Below are positions 1 to 7,674 of a stretch of DNA of 12,562 nucleotides, in pieces. Numbering within the stretch: position 1 is the stretch's first letter; each line of letters opens with the position of its first letter. The position numbers and the translations under genes were made by a program. The notes under the pieces are model-generated. The model ran no database searches. It was not told the DNA's origin and saw only the letters and a list, made by a program, of their open reading frames with translations. This DNA comes from a virus (lineage: Duplodnaviria > Heunggongvirae > Uroviricota > Caudoviricetes). Where the stretch lies: the IMG/VR virus record IMGVR_UViG_2531839666_000031; one strand, given 5' to 3'.

Positions 1-140
1 GATCTGGGACCTAAACTGACTGAATTTACGTTCAGTGTACTTGTGATGGGGGATGATGTTCAGACACAGCGAAATCGTCTGCGTGATGCCCTTGTGCTCC
101 CGGTGCCGGGAGCTGCTTCACCCGGATTACGCACGTTAAT

Positions 141-1217
141 GTGCTGATAAACAGCTTTGAAAGTCGTTATAACGCCGCTGAACAGGGCGTGGTTGAGTTC
201 ACCATTAATGTCACGCCGGTAAGTGATGATACCGCACCTGCTGTCACACAGGACACGGCCGCCATTCTGGAGCAGAAGAGTACCACCGCGCTCGGGCAGG
301 TTTTTGAAACCCTGGAAGCGGGCTGGACGGTGATCTCTGACGGAATGCACGATGTCCAGGCAATGACCGAAACCATCAGTGATAAGGTGTCCGCCCTGGA
401 AAATGCCGTTTCCGGCATGGGGATTGTACAGGATATCAGTGCCTTTACTGCCACGTTCACGGCGCTGAAAGGGAATGCCACGGCATTACTGACAGCACCT
501 TCCCGCATGGCCTCATCTTTTGCGGGGCTTTTCAGTGCCCTGATCACCCTGCCATCGCTGCCGTCACTGTCTTCAGGAGGCCTGAATACCCGGCCCGGTG
601 GCAGTATCGGCCGGACGACATCCGCCGTCTCTCAGGGAATGCCGCAACTGTACAGGACATTATCTTCCCTGCGTTACGTGCTGGATGAGCAGGATAATCC
701 GCAGACTCTCATCGGTCTGACACCGGCAGCACAAAAGAATATTCGTCTGATACGGGCGGTAATGCAGAGTGCTGCCGTGGTGGCCCAGGCACAGACCGTG
801 GGAAAACTGCTGGATCAGGTTCTCAGTCAGGAAACCCTGCCGGACAGTGACGCAGCCCACCGTACCTGGCCTGTCTGGCTGGAAAGTTCAGTTGATCTTC
901 AGCGCATTAACCGTGACTTAAGCGAAGCGCTCGAACGGCAGGTGATGACACTGTCCGGGCAGGGGTATACCGCCACGGCGCTGACGCTTCGTGATGCCAG
1001 ACTGGCACTGACAGAGGATCTGAATACACGGGGAGTTCAGCTACCCGGTGCAACAGTAGTGACTGTACGTACCACCGAGCCTGCACTGGTGACCCTGTAC
1101 CGTGCCACCGGGAACAGTACCGGCTGGCAACGTTTTGTGCGCCGTAACGGTATTGTTGATCCGCTGTTCATTCCCGGAGGCCATTCAGTGGAGGTGATTA
1201 GTGAGCAGCAGGGTTGA
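141..1217 (+). CDS. Tail protein, DNA circularization protein N-like (Mu gp43 family); true 5' end upstream, apparently frameshifted near 87-147
   Basis: 358-aa ORF ending 17 nt inside the next gene, in the position of Mu N in the order N-P-Q-V-W-R-S. No Shine-Dalgarno before the GTG at 141. A second frame is open from window start to the stop at 145-147 (..FTFSVLVMGDDVQTQRNRLRDAL..) and looks like the upstream part of the same protein. Family assignment is by synteny and recalled features. Confidence 0.5.
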   Translation: MLINSFESRYNAAEQGVVEFTINVTPVSDDTAPAVTQDTAAILEQKSTTALGQVFETLEAGWTVISDGMHDVQAMTETISDKVSALENAVSGMGIVQDISAFTATFTALKGNATALLTAPSRMASSFAGLFSALITLPSLPSLSSGGLNTRPGGSIGRTTSAVSQGMPQLYRTLSSLRYVLDEQDNPQTLIGLTPAAQKNIRLIRAVMQSAAVVAQAQTVGKLLDQVLSQETLPDSDAAHRTWPVWLESSVDLQRINRDLSEALERQVMTLSGQGYTATALTLRDARLALTEDLNTRGVQLPGATVVTVRTTEPALVTLYRATGNSTGWQRFVRRNGIVDPLFIPGGHSVEVISEQQG

Positions 1218-2324
1218 ACTGTATCTGGGCGGTGAGATTTTTTCCGGCTGGCTGACGGTGAGTGTTCGTCGCTCTCTTGAACATCTGGCGGGCTCCTTTG
1301 AACTGGGGGTAATGATGCCCGGTGTACGCCTTCCGTCATCCGTCCGTGCCGGTCAGTCTCTGGAATTGCGCATTGACGGTCAGCCTGTGATCACTGGCTG
1401 GCTGGATCAGGTCCGGCAGCGCATCAGCGCCACGCGTTTTCAGATCACGCTCAGCGGACGGGATAAAACCGGTGACCTGGTGGACTGTTCAGCCATTCAT
1501 CCGGGCAGCCAGTGGAGGAACCGCACGCTGGAGCACATTGCTTCAGATTTGTGTGCTCCGTTCGGGGTCACGGTGCGCTGGCAGGTAAATGATGCAACGG
1601 CAGCCCGGCCCTTTCCACCTTCACACTGGAAAACTCAGAAACCGTGGCAGATGCGCTGACAAGGGCCGCGAGACACAGAGGCGTCCTGGTAACCAGTAAT
1701 GCCGCCGGTGAACTGGTTTTCACTCAGGCCGGCAGTCAGCGTGGCGACACGCTGACGCTGGGCGAAAATCTGCTGGATTTGGATCACAACGTGGATCACC
1801 GTCTGCGCCACAGTGAATACCGTGTACGGGGGCACGGGCGTGGTGGTGGTCATGCCGGGGATGCACTGACAGCCGGAACGCTGGCCGCACCAGTTGGTAC
1901 GGTGACAGACAGTGCCATCCACCGTTACAGACCGAAAATTGTGCTGGCGGATCATGCTGTTGATGCAGACGGTGCACGCCAGAGGGCTGTCCGGGAAATG
2001 CGCCGGGCGGTTGCCCGCTCTGTGCGCCTGACAGCCACCGTGCGGCACTGGTTTCGGGAGAACGGCCAGTTGTGGGATATCAACCTGCTGACGGCTGTCA
2101 CGGCTCCCCGCACCGGAGTGGAAGAGCGTGATCTTCTTGTCTGTCAGGTGGAGTTTTCGCTGGATGCAAATCACGGCGAAACCACCCGTCTGATTCTGGC
2201 ACCCCGTGACGGCTTTATTGTTCCGGCAGAGCCGGGAAACAGCGGAAGCGGAAATGCGGGCGACGTGGACGCCTTCGTGCGGGCACAGATGAAAAAACAG
2301 GGGATTAAATTCAATGATGAATGA
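1201..2324 (+). pseudogene. Baseplate hub protein (Mu gp44/P, phage late control D family), interrupted by a frameshift between 1593 and 1659
   Basis: GTG start at 1201 preceded by GGAGG (1187-1191). ORF 1201..1659 (152 aa) stops at 1657-1659, while the following frame is already open from 1593 and runs to 2324 (226 aa); together they make about 378 aa, the size of an intact hub protein. Sense-looking protein in both frames across the overlap (..VTVRWQVNDATAARPF.. / ..STFTLENSETVADALTRAARHRGVLV..). Shift lies next to the run cagcccggccc. Confidence 0.6.
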
Positions 2325-2928
2325 CGAAGTCATCAGCCGCCTTCTGGCCCCCGTGATGCGGGGTGTTCGTCTGCTGTTCGGGCGTGGTGTACTGACCGGC
2401 ACAACGGACACGCTGAAAATCCAGAATGTGCAAATCACCGGTATGGATGGTGAAACCTTTGATGACGTTGAACGCCCCCAGCAGTACGGGCAAATCAGCG
2501 TCCCCCTGCCTGGTGCGGAAGTTTTTCTGGCCTGTGCTGGCGGACAACGGGATCAGGCCGTGGTGCTTGTGGTGGAAGACCGCCGCAGTCGCCCGACCGG
2601 ACTTACCGCCGGAGATACCGGCGTGTATCACCATGAGGGGCACCGTATACGTCTGACAAAGAACGGCCGGATCATTGTGACCTGTAAGACACTGGAGATT
2701 TACGCCGATGAAGGTGTTCAGGTGGATACACCGGAGGCTCACTTTACCGGTAATATCACAGTGGATAAGAACCTGCATGTCAAAGGCAATGTGTCCATTG
2801 ACGGCACCGGAAGATCACAGGGGGCGTTCACGATGTCCGAAGCGGTTATTGCCGGGATCACCTATTCAGGTCATGTGCATCACGATAACGGTGAAGGCAG
2901 CAAAACGGGAGGACCAGAGAATGGCTGA
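2314..2928 (+). CDS. Baseplate spike/assembly protein (Mu gp45-like, gpV-type)
   Basis: 204-aa ORF; ATG at 2314 overlaps the end of the hub gene (stop 2322-2324); position and size fit Mu gp45 in the conserved baseplate cluster. Confidence 0.7.
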   Translation: MMNDEVISRLLAPVMRGVRLLFGRGVLTGTTDTLKIQNVQITGMDGETFDDVERPQQYGQISVPLPGAEVFLACAGGQRDQAVVLVVEDRRSRPTGLTAGDTGVYHHEGHRIRLTKNGRIIVTCKTLEIYADEGVQVDTPEAHFTGNITVDKNLHVKGNVSIDGTGRSQGAFTMSEAVIAGITYSGHVHHDNGEGSKTGGPENG

Positions 2929-3358
2929 TATTGCTGTCGTCTGGGATCAGGGTTGTGGTTCCCTGCAACTGAACGGCGCAGATCTTCTGACGGATAACAG
3001 CCTGCTGACTGCGGTCATTATTTCACTGTTTACGGACAGGCGGGCGCTGGATTCCGATGAAATCCCTGACGGCACCCGTGACCGTCGGGGATGGTGGGGA
3101 GACAGTTTCCGGGAGCGCCCCATTGGCTCCCGTCTCTGGCTGTTAAGCCGTGAAAAGACGCTGTCCTCCGTGGTCAGCCGTGCACAGGCCTATGCTGATG
3201 AAGCGCTGGCGTGGCTGCATAAAAGCGGTGTTGCCACATCCGTGGTATGTCATGCCATGCGTGTGGGGCATGATCGCCTTTCGCTTTCCGTGAAAATCAC
3301 CCTGCCGGACGGAAGCAGACATCCGATGATTTTTTATGCTGATATGAAGGGGGAATGA
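2921..3358 (+). CDS. Baseplate protein (Mu gp46-like, GP46 family)
   Basis: ATG at 2921 overlaps the gp45 stop (ATGGCTGA). 146 aa. The longer ORF call from 2708 is an out-of-frame upstream extension overlapping gp45. Confidence 0.65.
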   Translation: MADIAVVWDQGCGSLQLNGADLLTDNSLLTAVIISLFTDRRALDSDEIPDGTRDRRGWWGDSFRERPIGSRLWLLSREKTLSSVVSRAQAYADEALAWLHKSGVATSVVCHAMRVGHDRLSLSVKITLPDGSRHPMIFYADMKGE

Positions 3359-4440
3359 TGCCTTATCAGCCCTTACCACTGGCGCAACTGATCACACAGA
3401 CACAACAGGATATCAGCCAGCGCCTGCCCGGTTCGCAGCCGGGCGTGAATGAAACCACCCTGAATGCCATTGCGTATGCACTGGCGGGTCTGTCAGCACA
3501 GGAGCATGAACATCTGGCCTGGATCTCCCGGCAGATAATTCCGACAGAAGCTGATGAAGCCGAACTCCTGAAACACTGCGCATTCTGGGGTGTCATCCGT
3601 AAACCGGCTTCCCGCGCTGACGGACCGGTACAACTGATGCTGACCACGGATGCAGGGATCACGGAAGGCGTACTCCTTCAGCGAAGCGATGGTGTTGTGT
3701 ACCGCATCACCGGCTCTGCGACCGGAAAAGCCGGAACACTGAATGTTAATGTGGAGGCGGAAAGTGCGGGGCGCGCCGGAAATACCCCGACCGGAACCCG
3801 CCTGTCCTTTATCACGCCACAGGCGGGCATCAACCAGACAGCCACGGTTACCGGCACGGGACTCACCGGTGGTGCGGATGTGGAAACGGTGCCGGAGTTG
3901 CTGTCCAGGCTGGTATTCCGGGTACAGAACCCGCCATCAGGGGGAACACAGTATGATTTTGAACGCTGGGCACGGGAAGTACCGGGCGTGACGCGGGCAT
4001 GGTGTAAGCCTGAATGGCCTGAGGCGGGTAGTGTTGGTGTGACTTTTGTTCAGGATAATAACCCTGACATTTTCCCCGGAGAAGGTGATGTGAAGCGGGT
4101 GGCGGATTATATCCGCAGTCATGATGATCCGGCGACGGGCCAGCCCGTTGGTCAGCCACTTGGGCCGACAATCAGCGTGTTTAAGCTGACCAATAAGCCG
4201 GTGGCGTTTGAGATCAGGATTGTACCCAAAACGCCGGAAAATCAGGCTGCCGTAAAACAGGCATTAACGGACCTGCTTTATAACGAATCGCGGCCGGGTG
4301 GACTTGTATTGCCTTCATCATTCTGGCGGGCTGTTGCAGGGGTGAAAGGACTGGAGGATTTTGAAGTTCGCAGTCCGCTGAAGTCCGTGATGGCCGGAGA
4401 TACAGAGTTGCTGACTGTGGGGGAAATCACATGGCTGTAA
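3355..4440 (+). CDS. Baseplate J-like protein (Mu gp47-like)
   Basis: 361-aa ORF, ATGA overlap with the gp46 stop, typical size and position for the baseplate J/wedge protein. Confidence 0.75.
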   Translation: MMPYQPLPLAQLITQTQQDISQRLPGSQPGVNETTLNAIAYALAGLSAQEHEHLAWISRQIIPTEADEAELLKHCAFWGVIRKPASRADGPVQLMLTTDAGITEGVLLQRSDGVVYRITGSATGKAGTLNVNVEAESAGRAGNTPTGTRLSFITPQAGINQTATVTGTGLTGGADVETVPELLSRLVFRVQNPPSGGTQYDFERWAREVPGVTRAWCKPEWPEAGSVGVTFVQDNNPDIFPGEGDVKRVADYIRSHDDPATGQPVGQPLGPTISVFKLTNKPVAFEIRIVPKTPENQAAVKQALTDLLYNESRPGGLVLPSSFWRAVAGVKGLEDFEVRSPLKSVMAGDTELLTVGEITWL

Positions 4441-4991
4441 CCCTGACCCCGCATCAGCGCGCCCTGTTGCAGTTGCTGCCTGACGGGCTGGCATGGGATA
4501 AGCGGCCGTCATCCGTTCTTGCGGCTTTGTGCCTGGGCCTCAGTCATTCCACGGAGCGTGTTTCCTGGACCGGTAACCAGATGCTGGCAGAACGTTTTCC
4601 TGATTCATCCCGTCTGCTGCTGGAAGACTGGGAGCGTTATCTGGGGTTACCGGAATGTGATATGACCGGCGCAACCATTCAGGAGCGTCAGCGTTATGCC
4701 GGGAATAAATACCGGATGAAACCCTCTCTTAACCGTGAATTTTATATCCGGTTTGCGGCAGAGTTTGGTTATGAAATAGATATTCAGCCATCACCGGATT
4801 CACAGTGGGTCAGTATTGTCACGATTAACAGTGAAACCGGCTACCGGAATATGAATGTGCTGGATGATATTCTCACCCCGCTGCGTATTTATGAGGGTGG
4901 TGCGCTGGAATGTATTCTGAACCGTTATAAGCCTGCATGGCAGACGTTTATTTACGTGTATGCAAACAGCCATGAAGAGGAGACTATTTAA
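4431..4991 (+). CDS. Tail protein (Mu gp48-like, DUF2313/YmfQ-like)
   Basis: 186-aa ORF, start overlaps the gp47 stop, stop overlaps the tail-fibre start (TAATG at 4989-4993); position immediately upstream of the fibre gene as in Mu and e14. Confidence 0.65.
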   Translation: MAVTLTPHQRALLQLLPDGLAWDKRPSSVLAALCLGLSHSTERVSWTGNQMLAERFPDSSRLLLEDWERYLGLPECDMTGATIQERQRYAGNKYRMKPSLNREFYIRFAAEFGYEIDIQPSPDSQWVSIVTINSETGYRNMNVLDDILTPLRIYEGGALECILNRYKPAWQTFIYVYANSHEEETI

Positions 4992-5902
4992 TGTTTCATG
5001 TTGATAATAATTCCGGCGTGGCGAATATGCCTGCGCTGGCACCGGCGCAGAGTAATACCACCACCTGGTTTACCGAAGGTGACGGACAAAAAGGTATCAG
5101 CTGGATTGGTCAGGACTGGCTGAATATTCTCCAGGCCGAACTGCTGAATATTCTGGCTGAAGCCAGTATTCAGCCGGATAAGGCGCAGTTAAACCAGCTT
5201 ACGCTGTCCATTAAAGCCATTATCGCTGCGAATGCCTTTTCCCGGAAAAACAACCTGAAAGAAATTGCTGATGCCGGTGCGGAAGCCCAGCGTCTGGCCC
5301 GTGGTTATCTTGGTCTGGGGACGCTTGCCACAAAAAACAGTCTTGGTCCCGCTGACGTTAATGCCCTGGCGAAGGATCAGAACCTTGCCGACCTGGAGAA
5401 TGCGGAAACCGCCCGTAATAATCTGGATGTTTACAGCAGGAGCGAAGGTGATAACCGTTACCTGCGCAGGGAGCAGAACGGCGCAGACATTCCGGATAAA
5501 GGCGCTTTTATCGATAACGTCGGTTTACGGGAAACGGTAAATAAGGCTGCTGATGCCCTGCCATCGGGTGGAACCGCCGTGGCAGCAAACAGACTCGCCA
5601 CCCCAAGAAATATTAATGGCGTTCCTTTTGACGGAACGCAGGATATCAACATCACGTCAGGAATGACGCAGTCAACCGCAGATGGCCGGTATGTACAGAA
5701 TGTTCAGCTTGGAGCACAGAGCTATCATTCACCCGGAGGCAATGAAATATCATGGAATTACAGCGCACCTTCCGGTTGTATGCTTTCCGGTATTAACGTG
5801 CAGGAAACCGGCTCCCGGTCTGCGGACAATATCGGTGGGGTCTATTATCGCCCGGTTCAGATTTATATTAATAATGCCTGGAGAACGGTAAGTTCAGTGT
5901 AA
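4991..5902 (+). CDS. Tail fibre protein (Mu S-like): constant N-terminal part plus variable C-terminal part currently joined in frame
   Basis: 303-aa ORF; N-terminus MFHVDNNSGV..WFTEGDG..ILQAELLNIL..IQPDKAQLNQL is of the Mu S/e14 Stf type; contains the left crossover site at the constant/variable boundary (..NGADIPDKGAFIDNVGLRETVN..); C-terminus ..VYYRPVQIYINNAW resembles the alternative cassette on the other strand. Confidence 0.8.
   Translation: MFHVDNNSGVANMPALAPAQSNTTTWFTEGDGQKGISWIGQDWLNILQAELLNILAEASIQPDKAQLNQLTLSIKAIIAANAFSRKNNLKEIADAGAEAQRLARGYLGLGTLATKNSLGPADVNALAKDQNLADLENAETARNNLDVYSRSEGDNRYLRREQNGADIPDKGAFIDNVGLRETVNKAADALPSGGTAVAANRLATPRNINGVPFDGTQDINITSGMTQSTADGRYVQNVQLGAQSYHSPGGNEISWNYSAPSGCMLSGINVQETGSRSADNIGGVYYRPVQIYINNAWRTVSSV
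5508..5533. other. Left crossover site for a Din-family DNA invertase (gix/hix/pix-like 26-mer)
   Basis: TTATCGATAACG-TC-GGTTTACGGGAA; about 22 of 26 positions match the recalled gix consensus TTATCCAAAACC-TC-GGTTTACAGGAA; lies inside the fibre gene, centre within the Val codon at 5519-5521. Confidence 0.65.
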
Positions 5903-5912
5903 ACCACAGAAA

Positions 5913-5931
5913 AGGGTGCTGAATGCACCCT
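5913..5931. terminator. Hairpin between the convergent fibre and assembly genes (possible bidirectional terminator)
   Basis: AGGGTGC-tgaat-GCACCCT, 7-bp perfect stem with 5-nt loop, lying between the fibre stop (5902) and the - strand assembly gene stop (5937); T-rich flank on the - strand. Confidence 0.4.
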
Positions 5932-5936
5932 CTGAA

Positions 5937-6458
5937 TTATTCCGGTTTTTCCGGCCAGGGAATCGCCTGGTAATGCCCCTCACTGGCAATATCATTAAAG
6001 TGCATTTCTTTAAGCTGTCGGATATACGCCATCCAGCGCGTCAGCTGTAATTTATTTTCATCGCTAATCATGTCCAGTTTTAATTCTGTTTTCCAGTCAT
6101 CCACGGTTTCGTTGGCTTCCTGGAGCAGCGATGAGCGACGCTTTTCAGCAACCGTCTTCCAGTTTACCGGCACCTTTGATATCAGGCCATCAGAAAACTG
6201 CCAGTTACCGTCAATATTCACACCTTCCGGCAGTTCGTCCACTTCAACAACAGTAAAACCTGCCGGATATAAAGCAGAGACATCTTCAGCAACAGAGCAG
6301 ATAATACCCGTTACAGGCGAAATACAGAGTTTGTATTTCTTTGTGAAAAGCGGGATAGATTCATAAAAATCCCTTCCGTCCTCACTCTGGAAATACTGAA
6401 CATCCTCACCATAGGGTTTGTCTTTCGGGTAATATCGTTTGACATTAATCAGTTGCAT
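5937..6458 (-). CDS. Tail fibre assembly protein (Mu U-like chaperone)
   Basis: ORF 5937..6509. Likely start is the ATG at 6458-6456 (MQLINVKRYYPK..) preceded by GGTGA; the 17 upstream codons are hydrophobic and lack a ribosome-binding site. C-terminus ..HYQAIPWPEKPE matches the conserved Tfa C-terminal motif. Confidence 0.75.
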   Translation of the reverse strand: MQLINVKRYYPKDKPYGEDVQYFQSEDGRDFYESIPLFTKKYKLCISPVTGIICSVAEDVSALYPAGFTVVEVDELPEGVNIDGNWQFSDGLISKVPVNWKTVAEKRRSSLLQEANETVDDWKTELKLDMISDENKLQLTRWMAYIRQLKEMHFNDIASEGHYQAIPWPEKPE

Positions 6459-6579
6459 AAACATCACCATGTAAATCAATGATAAAAACAGGAATAATAC
6501 TATCGCCATATACAGGCAATGCTTGTCTGAAATAACGCATATTTCAGATGCTGGCTGCTGTGTGCTATGCCCCCGTTAA

Positions 6580-6946
6580 TTAAATACTTGCAGCGGATAC
6601 CCAATGCCCATTAATACAATATTGTATCTGTCTGTAATAAACACGGTCATCACCACCACGCATTTCCCAGTCTCCGTTAGTCTTAAAACCGGTAATCACA
6701 TTTCCTGATGACAGGGAGTAATTATATTCCAGTCCGCCGCTTAATGCCTGCGCTCCCAGTCTTACCCCTGTAACATAACGCTGATTGGCCGTTGATTCCG
6801 GCATTCCTGACGTAATGTTTATATCCTGCGTGCCGTCAAAGGCGACACCATTGATTCTGCGGGCATTTGCCAGCCTGCTTGCTGCAACAGCCGTACCGTT
6901 TGATGGCAGGGCATTCGCGGCCCTGTTTACCGTATCCCGTAAACCG
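6580..6946 (-). CDS. Silent alternative tail-fibre C-terminal cassette (Sv'-like, no start codon of its own)
   Basis: Reading the - strand from the right crossover site gives ..GLRDTVNRAANALPSNGTAVAASRLANARRINGVAFDGTQDINITSGMPESTANQRYV..GDWEMRGGDDRVYYRQIQYCINGHWVSAASI-stop with no internal stop; a TGA lies immediately upstream of the crossover site. Homologous to the expressed C-terminus. Confidence 0.6.
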
Positions 6947-6959
6947 AGGTTTCAGGGAT
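6934..6959. other. Right crossover site for a Din-family DNA invertase (near-palindromic 26-mer)
   Basis: ATCCCGTAAACC-GA-GGTTTCAGGGAT, inverted relative to the left site, 55 bp upstream of the invertase start. Confidence 0.65.
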
Positions 6960-7013
6960 GCCGTATATCTGCTTTAAAAGGCCTTTCCATCTCTTTTTAA
7001 GGAAGGTAAATAC

Positions 7014-7575
7014 ATGCTGATTGGCTATATACGCGTATCAACAAATGACCAGAACACAGGTTTACAAAGAAATGCGCTGGAATGTGCAGGATGTGAGCAG
7101 ATTTTTGAAGGTAAAATGAGCGGAAAAACAACGCAGCGGCCGGGACTGAAGCGGGCACTGAAGAAACTAAAACCCGGTGACACGCTGATGGTCTGGAAAC
7201 TGGACAGGCTGGGGCGCAGTATGCGCCACCTTGTTGCGCTGACAGATGAATTACAGCAACAGGGGATAAATTTTCGTAGTCTTACTGACAACATTGATAC
7301 GTCAACCCCCACTGGGGCGCTTCTTTTTTCACATAATGGGTGCGCTGGCAGAAATGGAGCGTGAATTAATTGTCGAACGGACACGGGCTGGTCTTGCAGC
7401 TGCCCGTGAAAGGGGACGAACCGGCGGCAGACCCCGCCGTCTCACGCAGGAACAATACGAGCAGGTCGGGCGTTTACTGGCCGGGGGTGTCAGTCGAAGA
7501 CAGGTGGCACTTATTTTTGATATCGGTCTTTCAACCCTTTATCGTTATTATCCTGCGAGCGTTTCGGAAAAATAA
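7014..7575 (+). pseudogene. Serine DNA invertase (Gin/Pin/Cin/Hin family) with an apparent +1 frameshift in a C5 run at 7306-7310
   Basis: N-terminus MLIGYIRVSTNDQNTGLQRNAL..DRLGRSM is a canonical resolvase/invertase catalytic domain (Ser in VST). The frame ends at 7364, and the conserved continuation GRFFFHIMGALAEMERELIVERT..GGRP.. is in the next frame (7294..7575). Deleting one C from acccccact restores ..DTSTPLGRFFFH... ATG at 7014 preceded by AAGGAAGG. Confidence 0.7.
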
Positions 7576-7674
7576 GACGCTCTCTTTGTTGGGCCTTTAC
7601 TGAATTAACGCAAAATGGCGTTTATCGGTCTGTGGATATGATAATTCAGTTTATTCAGGAACAGGCTGATTATT

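Larger units (their letters stand above)
5521..6946. other. Invertible DNA segment (G-segment-like, about 1.43 kb) carrying alternative tail-fibre C-termini and one tail-fibre assembly gene
   Basis: Bounded by two inverted 26-bp crossover sites with compatible centres (TC at 5520-5521, GA at 6946-6947). About 130 bp inside each boundary is homologous in inverted orientation. The - strand cassette has no start codon and is in frame with the constant fibre part after in-silico inversion. Confidence 0.65.

Noticed and set aside
1593-1659. Programmed ribosomal frameshift in the baseplate hub gene
   Set aside because: Programmed frameshifts in tailed phages are characteristic of the tail-assembly chaperone upstream of the tape measure, not of hub genes; no slippery heptamer or downstream structure is evident, and two other genes carry similar lesions.
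1635-2438. 267-aa - strand ORF and other long antisense ORFs (167..547, 1037..1339, 3366..3662, 3863..4171, 8277..8881)
   Set aside because: They lie fully antisense to well-supported, syntenic tail or esterase genes in GC-rich DNA where stop codons are rare; they have no ribosome-binding sites and no recognisable motifs.
2708-3358. Long 216-aa version of the gp46-like ORF
   Set aside because: The 5' extension overlaps the gp45 gene in another frame; the ATG at 2921 overlapping the gp45 stop is the expected coupled start.
5458-5655. 65-aa - strand ORF, and its mirror 71-aa + strand ORF at 6785..7000, with similar sequences
   Set aside because: They are the antisense strands of the two homologous tail-fibre variable cassettes (the inverted-repeat arms of the invertible segment), not independent genes.
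7049-7056. Isolated GGTTTACA heptamer resembling a crossover half-site inside the invertase 5' end
   Set aside because: No second half-site at the right spacing; probably coincidence from codon usage. The recombinational enhancer expected in this part of Din invertase genes could not be assessed by eye.
7370-7603. 77-aa ORF overlapping the invertase
   Set aside because: Alternate frame inside the invertase C-terminal half, where the conserved invertase sequence is clearly in the other frame.
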